A stretch of DNA of 64,000 bases, taken from Vicugna vicugna. Its lineage: Eukaryota. Under the pieces are notes generated by a model that saw only the letters and a program-made list of their open reading frames with translations, did not search any database and was not told the DNA's origin. Of this stretch, positions 9,281 through 22,051 are shown in pieces. Made by a program: the position numbers and the translations under genes. Within the stretch, counting starts at the first letter, position 1. Each line of letters opens with the position of its first letter. Where the stretch lies: positions 3,228,508 to 3,292,507 of the forward strand of contig MU058584.1 of assembly GCA_013265495.1 (NCBI GenBank), written 5' to 3'.

Positions 9281-12009
9281 GCTCACCTCAGGGTCCTGCA
9301 TACGGGATAGGAGCTTAGGGGGCATGGTGAAGGTAGGAAACAGAAATGTAGAAAGCAGTGGGGCACTGGGTCCTTTGGAGAGTAAAGGACGCAAGTCTGG
9401 CGTTGGTCCCTTGTCTCTTGCTTATGGATTGTAAGCACCCTGAAGCCTGGGGTTGTTTTCGGATCCTGACACTGAGTGCAGCATCTGGCACACAGTAGGG
9501 ACTCTACAAAGTGAGGAGGGGACAAAGTGAGTCTGCCTAGGAAAAGCCCTCTGCTTCTTACTACACAGCACGTGGGCAGGATACACGCCTCCAGGGCAGA
9601 TGGAGACCTGCCATGGTTCCCAGAGCTGGAGACGGAGGGTTGTCCCAGTGCTGGTGGCTGCCTGTGTGGAGTTGTGATTTACAGGATTTTATAGCCCTGT
9701 TTTCGGATGTTCGCTCACTGTTTACTGCCCTGCTGCTAATAAACATTTTGTCATAAATGATAAACAGGCCAACTTGAGGGGGACGTGGGAGCCATGTTTA
9801 AATAGAGTTGGTGTTCTGCAGAACACCCAGCACTGCCTGTGGATTAGGTAGCCACAAATTTATTTTTTAAAGTCTGTCTGTTTCTATCATTTATGTGACT
9901 GGAATCCAAGAGGAGCAAACTGTAGTTGGGTTGGAAATCTCTGAAAGGAACGGGACAGCGGCGGCTGCAGGGAGCTGTCCAGGGTTCTGAGATGGGGAAT
10001 TGCAGCGGCTGTCAGGAACTGCTGGCCATTTCTTCCCAGGAGAAAACTGCCTTTTTGAGGGCAGTTTTCCTGTGGTTCCAGGGCAGCGGAATGCTACAGT
10101 GTTTAGTGCTAAGCTGCTTGGCTGGAATGTGACTTGAGACAACTGGGAATAGCTTGACTCTCACGGTACAGAAACTTCCCCTAGGATTTGTACTTCTGAG
10201 ACAGAGCGGGTGCCATGTGCTGCCAGCCTGTGGATTCAGTCTTCTGTTGGCATCCTCTTGGCCCTTCTTCTCCCCCCTTTTCCTTCACCTCCTCTTGTCC
10301 TCTCCATCAGGCCCCTCTTCTCTCTACCATATCCAGCTTCACACCTGCTCCATGCTGCAGGGTTGAGATGGGAGAAGGGCCAGGAGGCAGCAGCTGCTTG
10401 CAGGTGGGTTTTGTGTTGTTCAGGGTGGGAGGAAAGAAAACAACCAAAGGAAAATGAAAAGCTTCAAAGAATCTGGTAATTGGGAAGAGGCCGGTTTGGG
10501 CTTGCCAACTGTGGATTCAGACAGACGTGAGGCAGCTGGTTAGCTGCCTGTTGCCCACGACCTTTGCAAGAGTAATGAGGAAAATGTAGAGATGTCAGTT
10601 CAGTTTATCTTGGAGAGGCCACAGGACTCAATTCCTTGATTTGTAGATTTTATTTGAAAATGGGGAGAGATATGCTTAATTCTGATCTCATCTGGAATGG
10701 AGAGAGAAAGCTCTATGGTCCTGGCAGGAATTTGGAGCCCCCAGAAGCAGAGTTCCTTGGTTTGGGGCAACCCTTGGCAACCCTTGGCAACCCTCGATGT
10801 GGAGCTGGGCCTTCTCTGGATCTGAAGAGGGCAGTCAGGTTGTGCAGTAATACTTCAAAGGCCTGGGCTCTTTCTTCTAGGGCAGAATCAGCACACTTCC
10901 AGAGGTGGAGGCCAAGGTTCTAGCCTCTTCCAGCATAAGGGGAAGTGACTGTGGTAGCAGCTTGGAGGAAGCAGGAGAAACCCCAAAGACTACCCCTCCT
11001 ACTGTTAAAATATTGTTCCCACAATTCAAGCAATTATAGATTTATCTGGGTGGAAAGTGTTCTTTTAAAATTTAAATATTCCCTGGAAGGGCTAAGACTC
11101 ACACTTAAAGGCAGAGTTCCCAGCATTATTTGTGCTGAGTGGCTGAGGTTCTGGGACCTCTTTCCAGTTGGAATGGCCCACAGGATTCAGGGGAGGAGGC
11201 AGCTGCCAGCCATGTCACCTTCATTGGCACTGGGACTTCTGAGATGCTAGTGAGTGCTAACTCCTACCTTGATCCTGGAAGCAGACTGAAATTTCCGCAG
11301 CGCTGGGGACTCTGGAGAGAGGAAGTGTTGGCGGCTTCTGATGTTCTCTTTTCATGTTTTGGCAACAGAGTGTAAGAACACAGACTTCATAATCACAAAC
11401 TCATGTTCAAATCTCAGCTTAGTAGCTAGGAAGGTGACTGATCTTCATCTATCAAATGAGAAGAAAGTTGTCACCCCTAAGGTGTAGTGGGATTTGCTGA
11501 GATAGAATATCAGAAGACCTGGCACACAGTAGGCTCATGCCAAGGGTTAGATTCTCAGCAGGAAAAAGACATCATACTCGCTATCAATAATGATAATTTT
11601 CCTCTCTCCAAATGCACGCGCCTGATTTATGTTTCGTGTCCTATTGAATTGTCTAGCACTTTATAAACAACATAGTAAGCCATAATAGGAACAGTGGGTC
11701 TCTTTATATTGGGCCCCCCATATTTTACACATAGATATGGCAGTTGGAAATGGAATCTGTTTATCATGTTGAGAAACAACCTGTCTAGTCTCAAATCTTA
11801 TAGGGTCGTTTATTTGAAATGCATTCAGATTTTATTAAAAGCCCTTCTCACACCTATTGAAATAATCATATGCTTTTGTCATATGTAACTTGTGATACAA
11901 TACATTCATAGATTCCTTAGTATTGGACTGTCCTTATATTTATGAGATAAACTTTGCTTCACCATTGAAGATGAATGTTTTAATGTGCAGAATCCCACTT
12001 ACATTTTAA

Positions 12010-12585
12010 CTTGTCCTACCCTCTCCATTCTTTCCCTCCCAACTCCATACAGCAGCCAGAACTATCTTTCTAAGGCATAAATCAGATCATGTCACTCTGC
12101 TGCTTAAATATCTCCAGTGGCTCACCATGGTAATGGGAAGAAAATAAAACTCCTTATCATGACCTGTAAGACCTTTTATTATCTGATCCCCACCAAGGTC
12201 TCTCTCCACGTTCCCCCTCGTTCTCTAGATCTCGCAGCACTGGTTTTGAACCAGCCTCACTCTGTCACTGGGTGATGTTCTTCTCTGAGCTACCTCTTCC
12301 TCACCACTCATAACGCAACTCAAATGTCAGCTTCTCAGAGAGTCTCTACTCGTGCTTTTTGGTTAGGCAGCTCAGCAGTAGTTCTAGATCACATTATCCT
12401 ATTTTATTTTCTTCTTAGAATTTACTAGTGCCTGAAATTACCTTATTACAGTTCTTTGTTTATATGCTGATGGTCTGCTTCCTTCCACTAAAATATATGC
12501 GCCTTGAGGGTGATGATTTCTGGTCTATACTGGCCACTGCTCCTAAGAACGGCTGCCTGGTGAATAACTGTGCTCAGTAAATAGA
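12010..12585 (+). mobile_element. L2 3' region
   Basis: 'cagcagccagaactatctttctaaggcataaatcagatcatgtcactctgctgcttaaa' through 'tgctcagtaaata'. Confidence 0.8.
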
Positions 12586-14312
12586 CTCACAGATGAAACT
12601 GGCCTCTGACATTCTTTACCTTTTCATTTTTGGTCCTTTGTCATCTTCCAATGATTTCAAAAGCCTTCATTGGATTTCTTCTCCTCCTTTTCTTTGTCTG
12701 GGATCACCTTACATAGCATAGGACCTCAGAGGAGTGTGGCACCTTACAGACTATTGAGCTCTCTGACTTAGTGTAGGAAGCCCCCTGTCCCAACCTGGAA
12801 GGTGACAATCCAACCTCTTTAGGACCTTATAAGAACTCAAATGAGTGTGGAATCGCTCTGCTTCTAGTCTTACTTTTCAGGGCAAAGTTGATTGCAATGG
12901 GGAGGCATGATGACCTTTTAAGACCAATGGTGGGAAGATATGAGGAGAACCATAGGTTCTCTTGTCAAGTAAGTGAGGTGGATGTCTGGCTTGAGTGACC
13001 GCTTATCTTCTATAAATGTTTTTGAGCTGTGGAAGGAGGCAGCACTGATCACTGGTAGCCAGCACTCCCAGGACCGGAGTGGCTGTGACAAGTGCCCTAT
13101 TGTGTTTTCTTAGCTTAGTCTAGGGATTCCTGTTCTTACACACAGATACACAATTTCCTTTCCTTTCTTTCCTACATTTATTACATCTTTCCTTCTTTAT
13201 CTCAAAATCATTTTATTATTTATCCATGGCCCTTAAGGCCTTTAGGGCCCTGAGGAAATTAGAAAAGAAGTAAACAAACAAACAAACAAACAAATCATGC
13301 AAGTGACTACCTGGCTCTGCAAAGGCATTTCCCAGTCGGTGGTGTAATTACTGCTGGTGTCTCTATTTCTGTTTTTCCTCTAGACAGTGAGACCCTGGGT
13401 GAGGGATGGTGTCTTATTTGTCTTTGGAGGCTCAGGACTATTTTAGTCACAGAGCAGGGGACGGATCGTGTTGGTTAAAGAGGCCCACGTTGGATCACCA
13501 GTGGCATCATGGTGTGTGTGTGGCACCCAGACAGGATCTCCTGCTGGTCAGACTATTGTTTGAACTCTGAAGCTGCTATCTCCTGCTTGTGTGATCTTAG
13601 GCGTGTTGCTTTAGTATTTTCTGAATTTATTGTTATTTTTTTAATGTAAATCATAAAACCTACACCTTACAGGTTTGTAGGGAAGGTTAACCAAAAAAAA
13701 GGTTTGTAAAGTGCTTGCACTTAGTAGGTACTCTTTGACCGGGAGCCACAATATTAATATTTCATGTTCTCCTAAACCTCTGAGCAGGCTCAGTTTATTT
13801 ATCCTGGCTAATTATCACCAGCAAGGAGGCTTCCCTACCCCCTCATTGGTCGTAATTATTCCAGTGAAGTCATCTGCAGGGAACGGAGCTACCATCTGCT
13901 CAGAGGCCTCCCAGGCTGGGCTCTTCTCCCCATTCTGAAGCCCGGGAGCAGATGTGGGAGGCTGAGCAGGCAAGACTTCCACTGCTGCTGTTAGCCGCTG
14001 AATTTCTGGAATCTCTGCTAACAGCTCAAATCAGAAAGCTAGAGCAGCTGTATATTTCCTTGGGGCCTGCCAGGACTTTACATGTGTGGGAAGCCCCCCT
14101 TTTTTTGTTCTTTCCTCCCCTCTCCAGCAACATTTAAAAAAAATTACTGGCGTTTTGTGTCAATGGTGGTGGTATAGGAAAGGGGATTGCTGTGTGGGTG
14201 TGAACTGCTGTAGGATGAGGACACCAGGGACATGGGGAGAAGAGGGTAGGGGTGGTGGTGCAGGATGGGGCCCAGGAAAATAGTTTATGGGGCCTTCCAT
14301 CCTTGGCCCCCC

Positions 14313-14495
14313 AGGAGATGCATGGTGTAGGAAAAACAGTAACAGGGGGTCAGGAGGTCTGGGATGAAAAACCAGCATTCTCATTAAGGGTCTGGGACAA
14401 TGGGCAAGTCACTTTACATCCCTGGGACTCAGTGTCCTCATACACATAATGAGGGGTTAGTCTAAGTGACTTCCAAGATCCTTTTAGCTCTGAAA
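14313..14495 (+). mobile_element. MIR (MIRc/MIR3-like)
   Basis: gcatggtgtaggaaaa...tgggcaagtcacttt...ctcagtgtcctcat...cttttagctctgaaa. Confidence 0.65.
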
Positions 14496-15979
14496 GCCAA
14501 TAATTCTCTTTCTATATTTCTGGGTCTCTCTCCCCATTATCCTAGGATAGCATGCCTGATCCTATGCCGTGTTCCCTGGATTGGCCCCTGGTTACGAAGT
14601 CTCCTATGAGATGTTAGATGATGGAGGCTTACATCACCACATAAACTTATTTTAGTTTTCCAAGGGGCATTTCTTGGACAGACACAGTATTTTCAAATGC
14701 AAATGATAGAATTCCTAAGGTTGGAATTTCAGATAATGTACCGGGAGAGGGAGAGATTGTGTGTGTGTCTGTTTATGTGTTTGTGTGTGCGTGAAAGAGA
14801 GAGAAAGAATGAATCAACCAAGGCTGGAGGGGCATGGTGAGGAAGAGGAGCCCTTGCTGACCATCACTTAGATCTCACCATGGTCTCTATGTAGGGCAGC
14901 CGTGAATGTCCACGTGTGGCCTGGCTGAGGCTGCCCTGTAACAACGATGGCTGTCACTTACTGAGCGCCTGTTGTCTACCAAGTATTATCCAGGCTAGTC
15001 TGTAACCCTCATAAGAACCCTGCAAGGTGGAAATAACAGCATTTATCACGGACAGTTCAGCTGTTCTCAAGCAACCTGGAGGTCCATGGTGTGTAGCAAT
15101 CTGCAGTATTTCAGAGGCTGAGTCCGTGTTGTGCTGGGAGGCTGGGTGCAGAGGGAGTTAGCTGGCGGAGAGGAGCTGCTCAATGCCTGTATCTCAACCC
15201 ATGGGAAGTCATAACTCATGGAATGATTACAGCTTAGTGTCAGTGAAAAACGGCCTCTGAAAGGAAGCAACAACTAGTGTTGAGGAGGGAGGTGAAAAGA
15301 AATTAAGGAGGGTTAAGATAGCGGGCCAGAAAATAAAAAAGAAATTGAGATAAAGACTGGAAGGTTGAATTTAGTAGTGGCTCAGATTTATGATGTGCCT
15401 GAGACAGCTCACCATATTTTCTGTATAGAATAAGACAAAATGACTCAGGAGAACTGGTTTAGGGAGTGTTCCAGCCTGGGCAAACGATGGTCATCAGCTG
15501 TGATGTGTCAGGGGCTCAAAGTAAGTGTTACATGGAGTGTGAGCCACAAAGACCAACGAGACCGCAAGCTCTGTTCTCAAGGAGTTCACAATCTTTCCCT
15601 GCACAGACAACAAATGACCAAATATTCTAGAAAATTCTGTAAGGTAAATACCCATGAATGGAATACTTAAAGGGCTACTGGAATTCACAGTATGACTCAT
15701 CTCTAACTCAGGTCATCAAGGAGGACCTCTGGGGTGTGGGAGTTACTAAACTGGATTTTATAAGGCTGATTGGATTTAGATGGGAGGATGCTTTTCAGGC
15801 AGAAGGACTAGCCTGAGAAAAGTTCTGCTTGTCAGATGGTGCTGGATATGGTTGGAAGATGGTAAACAGGCTCATTTAGCTAGAATGTAGATTCATGTGG
15901 ATATTATGAGACAAAAGCCTAAAAGAATAGGTACTCCGATGTATGGGAAGGCCTTAAATGCCAGCCTAGGGAGTTTAGA

Positions 15980-16532
15980 TGGGCTGCTATGCTGTAGCAA
16001 CAAACAGATTGAAATCTCTGCAGCTTAAGTCAACAAAGCTTAATTTTATTTACTTACTTACTTATAAAATCTTTTAAATTGAACTGTAGTTGATTTTCAC
16101 TGTTATTTTCAGGTCTACAGCAAAGTGATTCAGTTACACATATACATACATATATATATTTTTTATTTTCAGATTCTTTTCTAATATATGTTATTACAAG
16201 ACATTGAATATAGTTCCCTGTGCTATACAGTAGGTCCTGGATTATCTATTTTATATATAGTGTGTATCTGTTAATCCTCAGTCCCTAATTTATCCCTCCC
16301 TGCCCTTTCCACTTTGGTAACCACAGTTTGTTTTCTATGTCTGTGAGTCTGTTTTTGGTTTGTAAATATAATTTGTATTATTTTTTAAGATTCCACATAT
16401 AAGTGATACATGGTATTTGTCTTTCTCTGTCTGATTGACTTCACTCAATATAATAATCTCTAGGTCCATCCATGCTGCTGCAAATGGTATTATGCCATTC
16501 TTTTTTATTGCTGAGTAGTATTCCATTGTTTG

Positions 16533-16571
<39 letters not shown>

Positions 16572-17090
16572 TTCACACCTTCTTTATACAGTCATCTGTT
16601 GTTGGACATTTAGGTCATTTCCATGTCTTGGCTATTGTAAATAGTGCTGCTATAAATGGAATGTGGGTCACAAAGACCAATGAGACCCCAAGACTCCTGT
16701 TCTTAAGGGGAACCCAATGGTGCATGTGTCTTTTCAAATTATAATTTCCTCTGGATTTATGCCCAGGAGTAAGATTGCTAGATCATATGTTAAGCCTATT
16801 TTTAGTTTTTAAAGGAGTCTCCATACTGTCCTCCGTAGTGGCTGCTCTAATTTATATTCTAACCAACAGTGTAGGAGGGTTCCAACAAAGTTTAATTTTA
16901 ACTCATGCTACAAGTCCATCTCAGGTCAGCATGGAACCTGCTCCCTGTCCTTCTCAATTTGAGCTCATACCAGTGGAGTTTCCATGTAGAAGTTTGTAAT
17001 TTGCTATGGTAGGAGGGAGAGGATGTGAACATTTGCATACCAGCTCTTAAAGGCTTCCACCCAAAAGTAAGACATCACTTTCACTTACTT
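15980..17090 (-). mobile_element. Old MaLR LTR (MLT1H-L-like) split by an L1 insertion
   Basis: 'tatgctgtagcaacaaac...gcagcttaagtcaacaaag' continues after the L1 as 'actcatgctacaagtccatc' and later 'ctcttaaaggcttccacccaaaagt'. Confidence 0.6.
16049..16882 (-). mobile_element. 5'-truncated L1 (ORF2 C-terminus + 3'UTR) with 18-bp TSD
   Basis: ORF 16335-16526 (MEYYSAIKKN..AAAWMDLEIIILSEV) is L1-type. TSD CAACAAAG(C/T)TTAATTTTA at 16031-16048 and 16883-16900. Internal (TATC)n at about 16533-16572. Confidence 0.93.
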
Positions 17091-20000
17091 TCGTTGGTCA
17101 TGATAAGCCATATGTTCATGAGAAAGGGAGAGAAGGAAGTGCCACTCTGGACCTGGAAAGAAGAGAGCTCGGATACTGGTGAAAAGAGCACTTGATGGCT
17201 GCAGTTAGGGAGAACACGGGGTGCACTTGTAAGTTTTGTGCAAGAGAGTGATGTGAAACCTGTGAACTTCCTAGGTGCCCCCTTCACATGCCCACTCTCG
17301 CCTGTATCACACTGAAATGGTCTGCCTCATGTTGTCTTCCCTTCTTGTCCCTCAGTGGCCCACAGATAGGATGCTCAAGTGGGATTTGTTAGACAAACGA
17401 ATTTATTTTTTAAAGGTTGGATTGGAGGGAGGGGAGATTGGAGCCTGGGGAAGTCAGTTAATGTATTTGTACCAGTTTACTTTACAGAAGGAAAGAAAGA
17501 CACTCTCCTCTGAGTTTTCCCTGCTTTCTTATCGGGAAACATTTTGTCATTCCTAGCGTACATGACCATCCATGTTGATAATTAGAATGAAGCAAAAAGA
17601 CTTCTTTCCTGGAAACAGAAGAGAGCTGTTTGCTCATCTTGTCAGGCTCTTCCCTGAAGGGTCTATGGCCAATTTCCCTTTGAGTGAAACATCTGGGGAC
17701 TGCTCCCATCCGGTTTGGTGTGTCTGGGATGCTGGCCTCTTTGCTAGTCTCTGGTTTAATGGGCACATGAGTCTAGTAGCTTCTGGCTCCAGAGAGATTG
17801 ATGTGGGCAGCTCTGGCAGTGACAATTTTGGAGATCAAAGTGTCTTTTGAAAACTGCATTGCTGCTGACAGCCCCAAGCCTGATTAGATTGTGACTGGAT
17901 TAAAGGGCCCTGATGCAATTAGCTGCTTCCCTTCCTTCCCCACCCAGGGTGGGCAGACGCTGCCATGCAAGGCCAGATGGAGGCAGGGGTATAAATCCCC
18001 TCTCTGGCTCTGTGGAGGGTAATTTGGTTTCAGTCGAGGCATTTGTCCTGATTGGGCCGCCTGTGTCACCGTCTGTGTTACCGTCTGCTTCTTGGCAGCC
18101 TGAATAGCATTCTAATGGTTCCACTTGGCCACAGAGAAGTTTTGGTTAAGAGCAAAGGCAGGGGTAAAGCAATCTGGGGTCAGGAGTCCAGGCCAAAAGA
18201 GGAGGTGATGAAGGGGAGATGGCAGGGAAAGGACAGTGGGGAAAGGAGGGTTGCAGAAAGCTTAACTGACTCCAGATGGGTTGTGTCAATGGCCTGTGGA
18301 CCTGAAATATCTGAGCCACGTGTGCTAGGCTCAGAACCTGAAGATGTTAAAGTTGCATGAAGGAGGAGAAAAGATAACCTTTTTTTTTTGGGTAGGACTG
18401 CAAATGGTAAAAAACCACACACCCTGGCAGTAAGAGACTCAGTTCTAGTCTTACCTCTGCTTGCTACTAGCTGCTTCGTCTTGGGCTAGTCATTTCATAT
18501 CCTTGGCATGTGTTTCCTTCACCTGTAAGACAAGGCAGTTGGGCTAGATGAGCTCTGAAGTCCTTTCTAGGGCCAGTATGCTGTGAATCTGTTTGGAAAG
18601 TATTAGTTGGTTCTGCAATGCCCTATTTAAAAAATGTACCCACACATCTCTGGAACCAGTTTGTTGGTCAAAATCACTACTTTGGGTTAAAGCTCAGTAT
18701 CTCCATCTCTAAGTGGGGATAAAAATAGAATCTACTCCACTGAGTCATTGATAAATTTAAATTGGGTAATAAAAGAAAGTGCTTAGCATGGTACCTACTC
18801 TAGAATAATGACCAAATACTGTAGCTATTGCTGTTGGTGTTATTACTGTTGTGTGATTGTCCAACTCTTTGGACCCATTTGATCATATGACTAGTGAGAA
18901 AATATGCCTTGAGTTCTCATGGAGCATCTACGGTTGTGTCCAGTACCCTGGTGGCACTGGGGAAATGCAATATATAAAAGTTATCCTGTTCTCTCATTGG
19001 GCAGATGAGCTAAAAAAAATATGAAGCACTTCTATTGCATCAAGAGGCAGTATATACTCAATGACTAAGATCAGTAATGTAGAAGCTCAGAGAAGTGTTG
19101 GAGAATTTGGAGAAGGCTTCATGGAAGAAGAGACTTGAAATACCAGCAGACTGGTGGGGAGGATGGAGTGAACATTTCAGGCCAGGGGAAGGGCAATGAG
19201 CTGAATGGAGTCAGCGTGGTGCGTGGGATGTAGTCATTTCTACCCCATATATATAGGAAGACTCTTCTTTCATTCCTGATGGTGGACGTTGTATTCTAGT
19301 CAAGGCTCCTAACTACTGTGCTTGCTTCTAACCTTGCAGGGATCTGAGGATGTGTGCGTGCGAAAATATTTGTAGTCTTGTGTGTTGCTGATTTAGAACC
19401 AGACAAGAATCAGATGACTCCCTTCCCAGGGTCAAATCTTGGCTAATCCTTTATCTACAATAAGATTGAAGTTCAAGATTGAATCCTAACCAAGAGATGT
19501 TAGAGGGTCTCATTTCTCTTTTACTCCTTTTCCAACCCAGCATTGAGCAATCATCAGATATTATCTGCTCTTTCTCCAGGCTTCTGTTGAAGGCAGAATT
19601 TTCCGATATGTGAACAGTCCCAGACTCTTGGAGGCAGATCTGGAAGGTTTTTTCCTACAGCTCAGCTCACAGCCGAGTCTTGTGAGCACAATCAAGACCT
19701 TTTAGTGGTGGTGGTGGAGATAGGGGGAGTGGGAAGGGATGTGATCCCTTTTAGTAACTTTCCTGGAACAGAAATCACGGACCTGACGTGACACCAAATT
19801 ATAAATCTCTTTCCTCATTTGGAATGATGTTAGAAGCATAAAGATCAAGCCAGCCTGATTCTAAATGAAGAGGCTTAAAAGAAATTCTGTCATTGTTACA
19901 TTGTCTTCATTTTCTGAAGTGTCTCTTCAGGAAGGGCCTCCCTGATCCTGGTGTAATTTATTTAAGAACAATAGACAGTCACGATCATCTTAAATTCCAT

Positions 20001-20541
20001 CTGCTTATAATAGAAAGTGAGAAAACAAATTTGGTGATGTTGGAGGTTCTTAGGATTTTCCTCAAGGCTCTGCCACTTTTCAGGTTCCAGGCAGTGAGAG
20101 TAGGAGGCAAGGGTTGTTCAGCGCCAGGTGTCAGGTTGTGTGTGGGCTCTGTATTAGGTACCTGGAGTGGGTGGATCTCAAGAGGATCTTGACTGTGGCC
20201 CTGAAACCCGAGTGGAGCAGGTGATGGGGCTGGGAACAAGCTGCGAGTGGAGGTGTTGCTGGCAGGTGACTCAACAATAGTCTTAGTACAACCTCCACTT
20301 AGGAGTTTTTGATTCTCTAATAATCACTCCAGCATGGTACCTGCTCTAAGGAGATGCATGGTGTAGGAAAAACTTTCAGCCAATATTTTTTCAGGATGTA
20401 CTATATATTGGGCACTTCTCTAAGCATTAAATCTACCTAAACATGGCAAGCCTAGTTCTTGCCCCTCACGGAGCTTACATTTTAGAAGGGGAGACAGATA
20501 GCAAATGAGTAAATGGAAAAATTAATAATATTCTTGAAGAC

Positions 20542-20830
20542 AGACTCACAGATATAGAAAACAAACTTATGGTTACCAGGGGGTGAAGGGGGTGGGAAGG
20601 GCTAAACTGGGAGTTCAAGATTTTCAGATACTAACTACTATATATTAAATAGATGAACAACAAGTTTCTTCTGTGTAGCACAGGGAACTACATTCAATAT
20701 CTTATAGTAACCTATAATGAACAAGAATATGAGAACAATATATGGATGTATATGTATGACTAAAACATGATGCTGTACACCAGAAATTGATACAATATTG
20801 TAAACTGAGTATACTTCAATTAAAAATAAA
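20542..20830 (+). mobile_element. L1 3' end with TSD
   Basis: agactcacagatatagaaaacaaacttatggttacc...acttcaattaaaaataaa. TSD ATTCTTGAAGAC at 20530-20541 and 20832-20843. Confidence 0.92.
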
Positions 20831-20899
20831 GATTCTTGAAGACTGCTATAGATCCACAGAGGAAAGGAGTGGAGTGCTGTGACGTAACTGTGTCCCACC

Positions 20900-22040
20900 A
20901 TCTACTTATAGTTCCTTCTTCCTCATCTCCAGGTGATCAAATTGCCTCAGGCTATACTGAGAAAATAGAAAATGTCAGATATGAACTCCATCATCTTCCT
21001 GCCACTAAACCTAAAAACATAAATACATCTTCTTCCTCCATCTTAGTGATACAGGCTGTATCTCTTTTCCCATTAAAAGCCAGATTTTCTGCTATTCTCT
21101 GGATCTCATCTCCTCTTGTTCTCTCAAGGGTTGCTTCTCTTTGATGATTCATTTTCTCTGCAGCATCAGCAACCTCCCCCTCTCTGTTGAATCATCCCTA
21201 TACTATACAGGAACACTAATGACTCCAAATCTGAAAAAAAAACAAAAACCAAAAACCCTCTTCAATTGACCTCACTTTTCTATGTGGGTACTATAAAATT
21301 TCTCTGCTTCATCTTATACCCAATCTTAATGAACAGGTCGTGTATATTCACAGCTTCTTCCTTTCCCACTCAATTCCACCACTCACCACACTTCTTTAAA
21401 TTAACTCTTGTCAAGGTCATACTTCTTTCTGTCTGCGTTGCACTTGATCTCTTATTACACTGAAATCACTCTTGAAGCCTTCTCCTCTCTTGGATCTGGT
21501 AACACCACTCTCTCCTCTTACTTGTTCCTTGCATCTGTATTTAATAGCTCTTTTTGCTCTACCTGACCTCTAAAGGCAAATGTACCTTAAGACTTGCCTG
21601 GGGTCATTCTCCAGTCTTTCTCTGAATTCTTTCCCTAAGTAATTTGGTCCAGCTCCATGAATTTTAAAAGATACCATTATCTACCAAAGATGATGACCAA
21701 AGTGGACTTTCTAGCTCGAAATTCTACTTGAAGCTACAGAATTGCCCTACTTCTGATACTTATGTGTATAAATGGGACACTTGACAGATCCCTCACCCAC
21801 CCTATTGGCCCAGGCCATCTCATTTAGCACCACCATCCACTTAGTGACTTAATTAAAAACCTAGAAGTTATCTTTGGCTCCACTCATTCCTTCTATCTCT
21901 AAAGTAAATCTTGAAACTATCTGTTTCTTCCCATTTTTAATGCAATGTCTTAGTAGAAGAAACCATTATTTTTTTTTTACTGAACTGCAATCACCTCTTA
22001 ATGGGTCTCCCTATTTCCAGTCTTGGCACTCTTCAGTCAT
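20900..22040 (+). mobile_element. Degenerate L2
   Basis: Pyrimidine-rich L2-like blocks ('ttaactcttgtcaaggtca', 'gcaccaccatccacttagt...aaaacctagaagttatctttggctcc'). Confidence 0.65.
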
Positions 22041-22051
22041 TAAAAAATTAG

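Noticed and set aside
10766..10795. GGCAACCCTT x3 tandem repeat
   Set aside because: Ordinary slippage-type micro-duplication with nothing else to suggest function.
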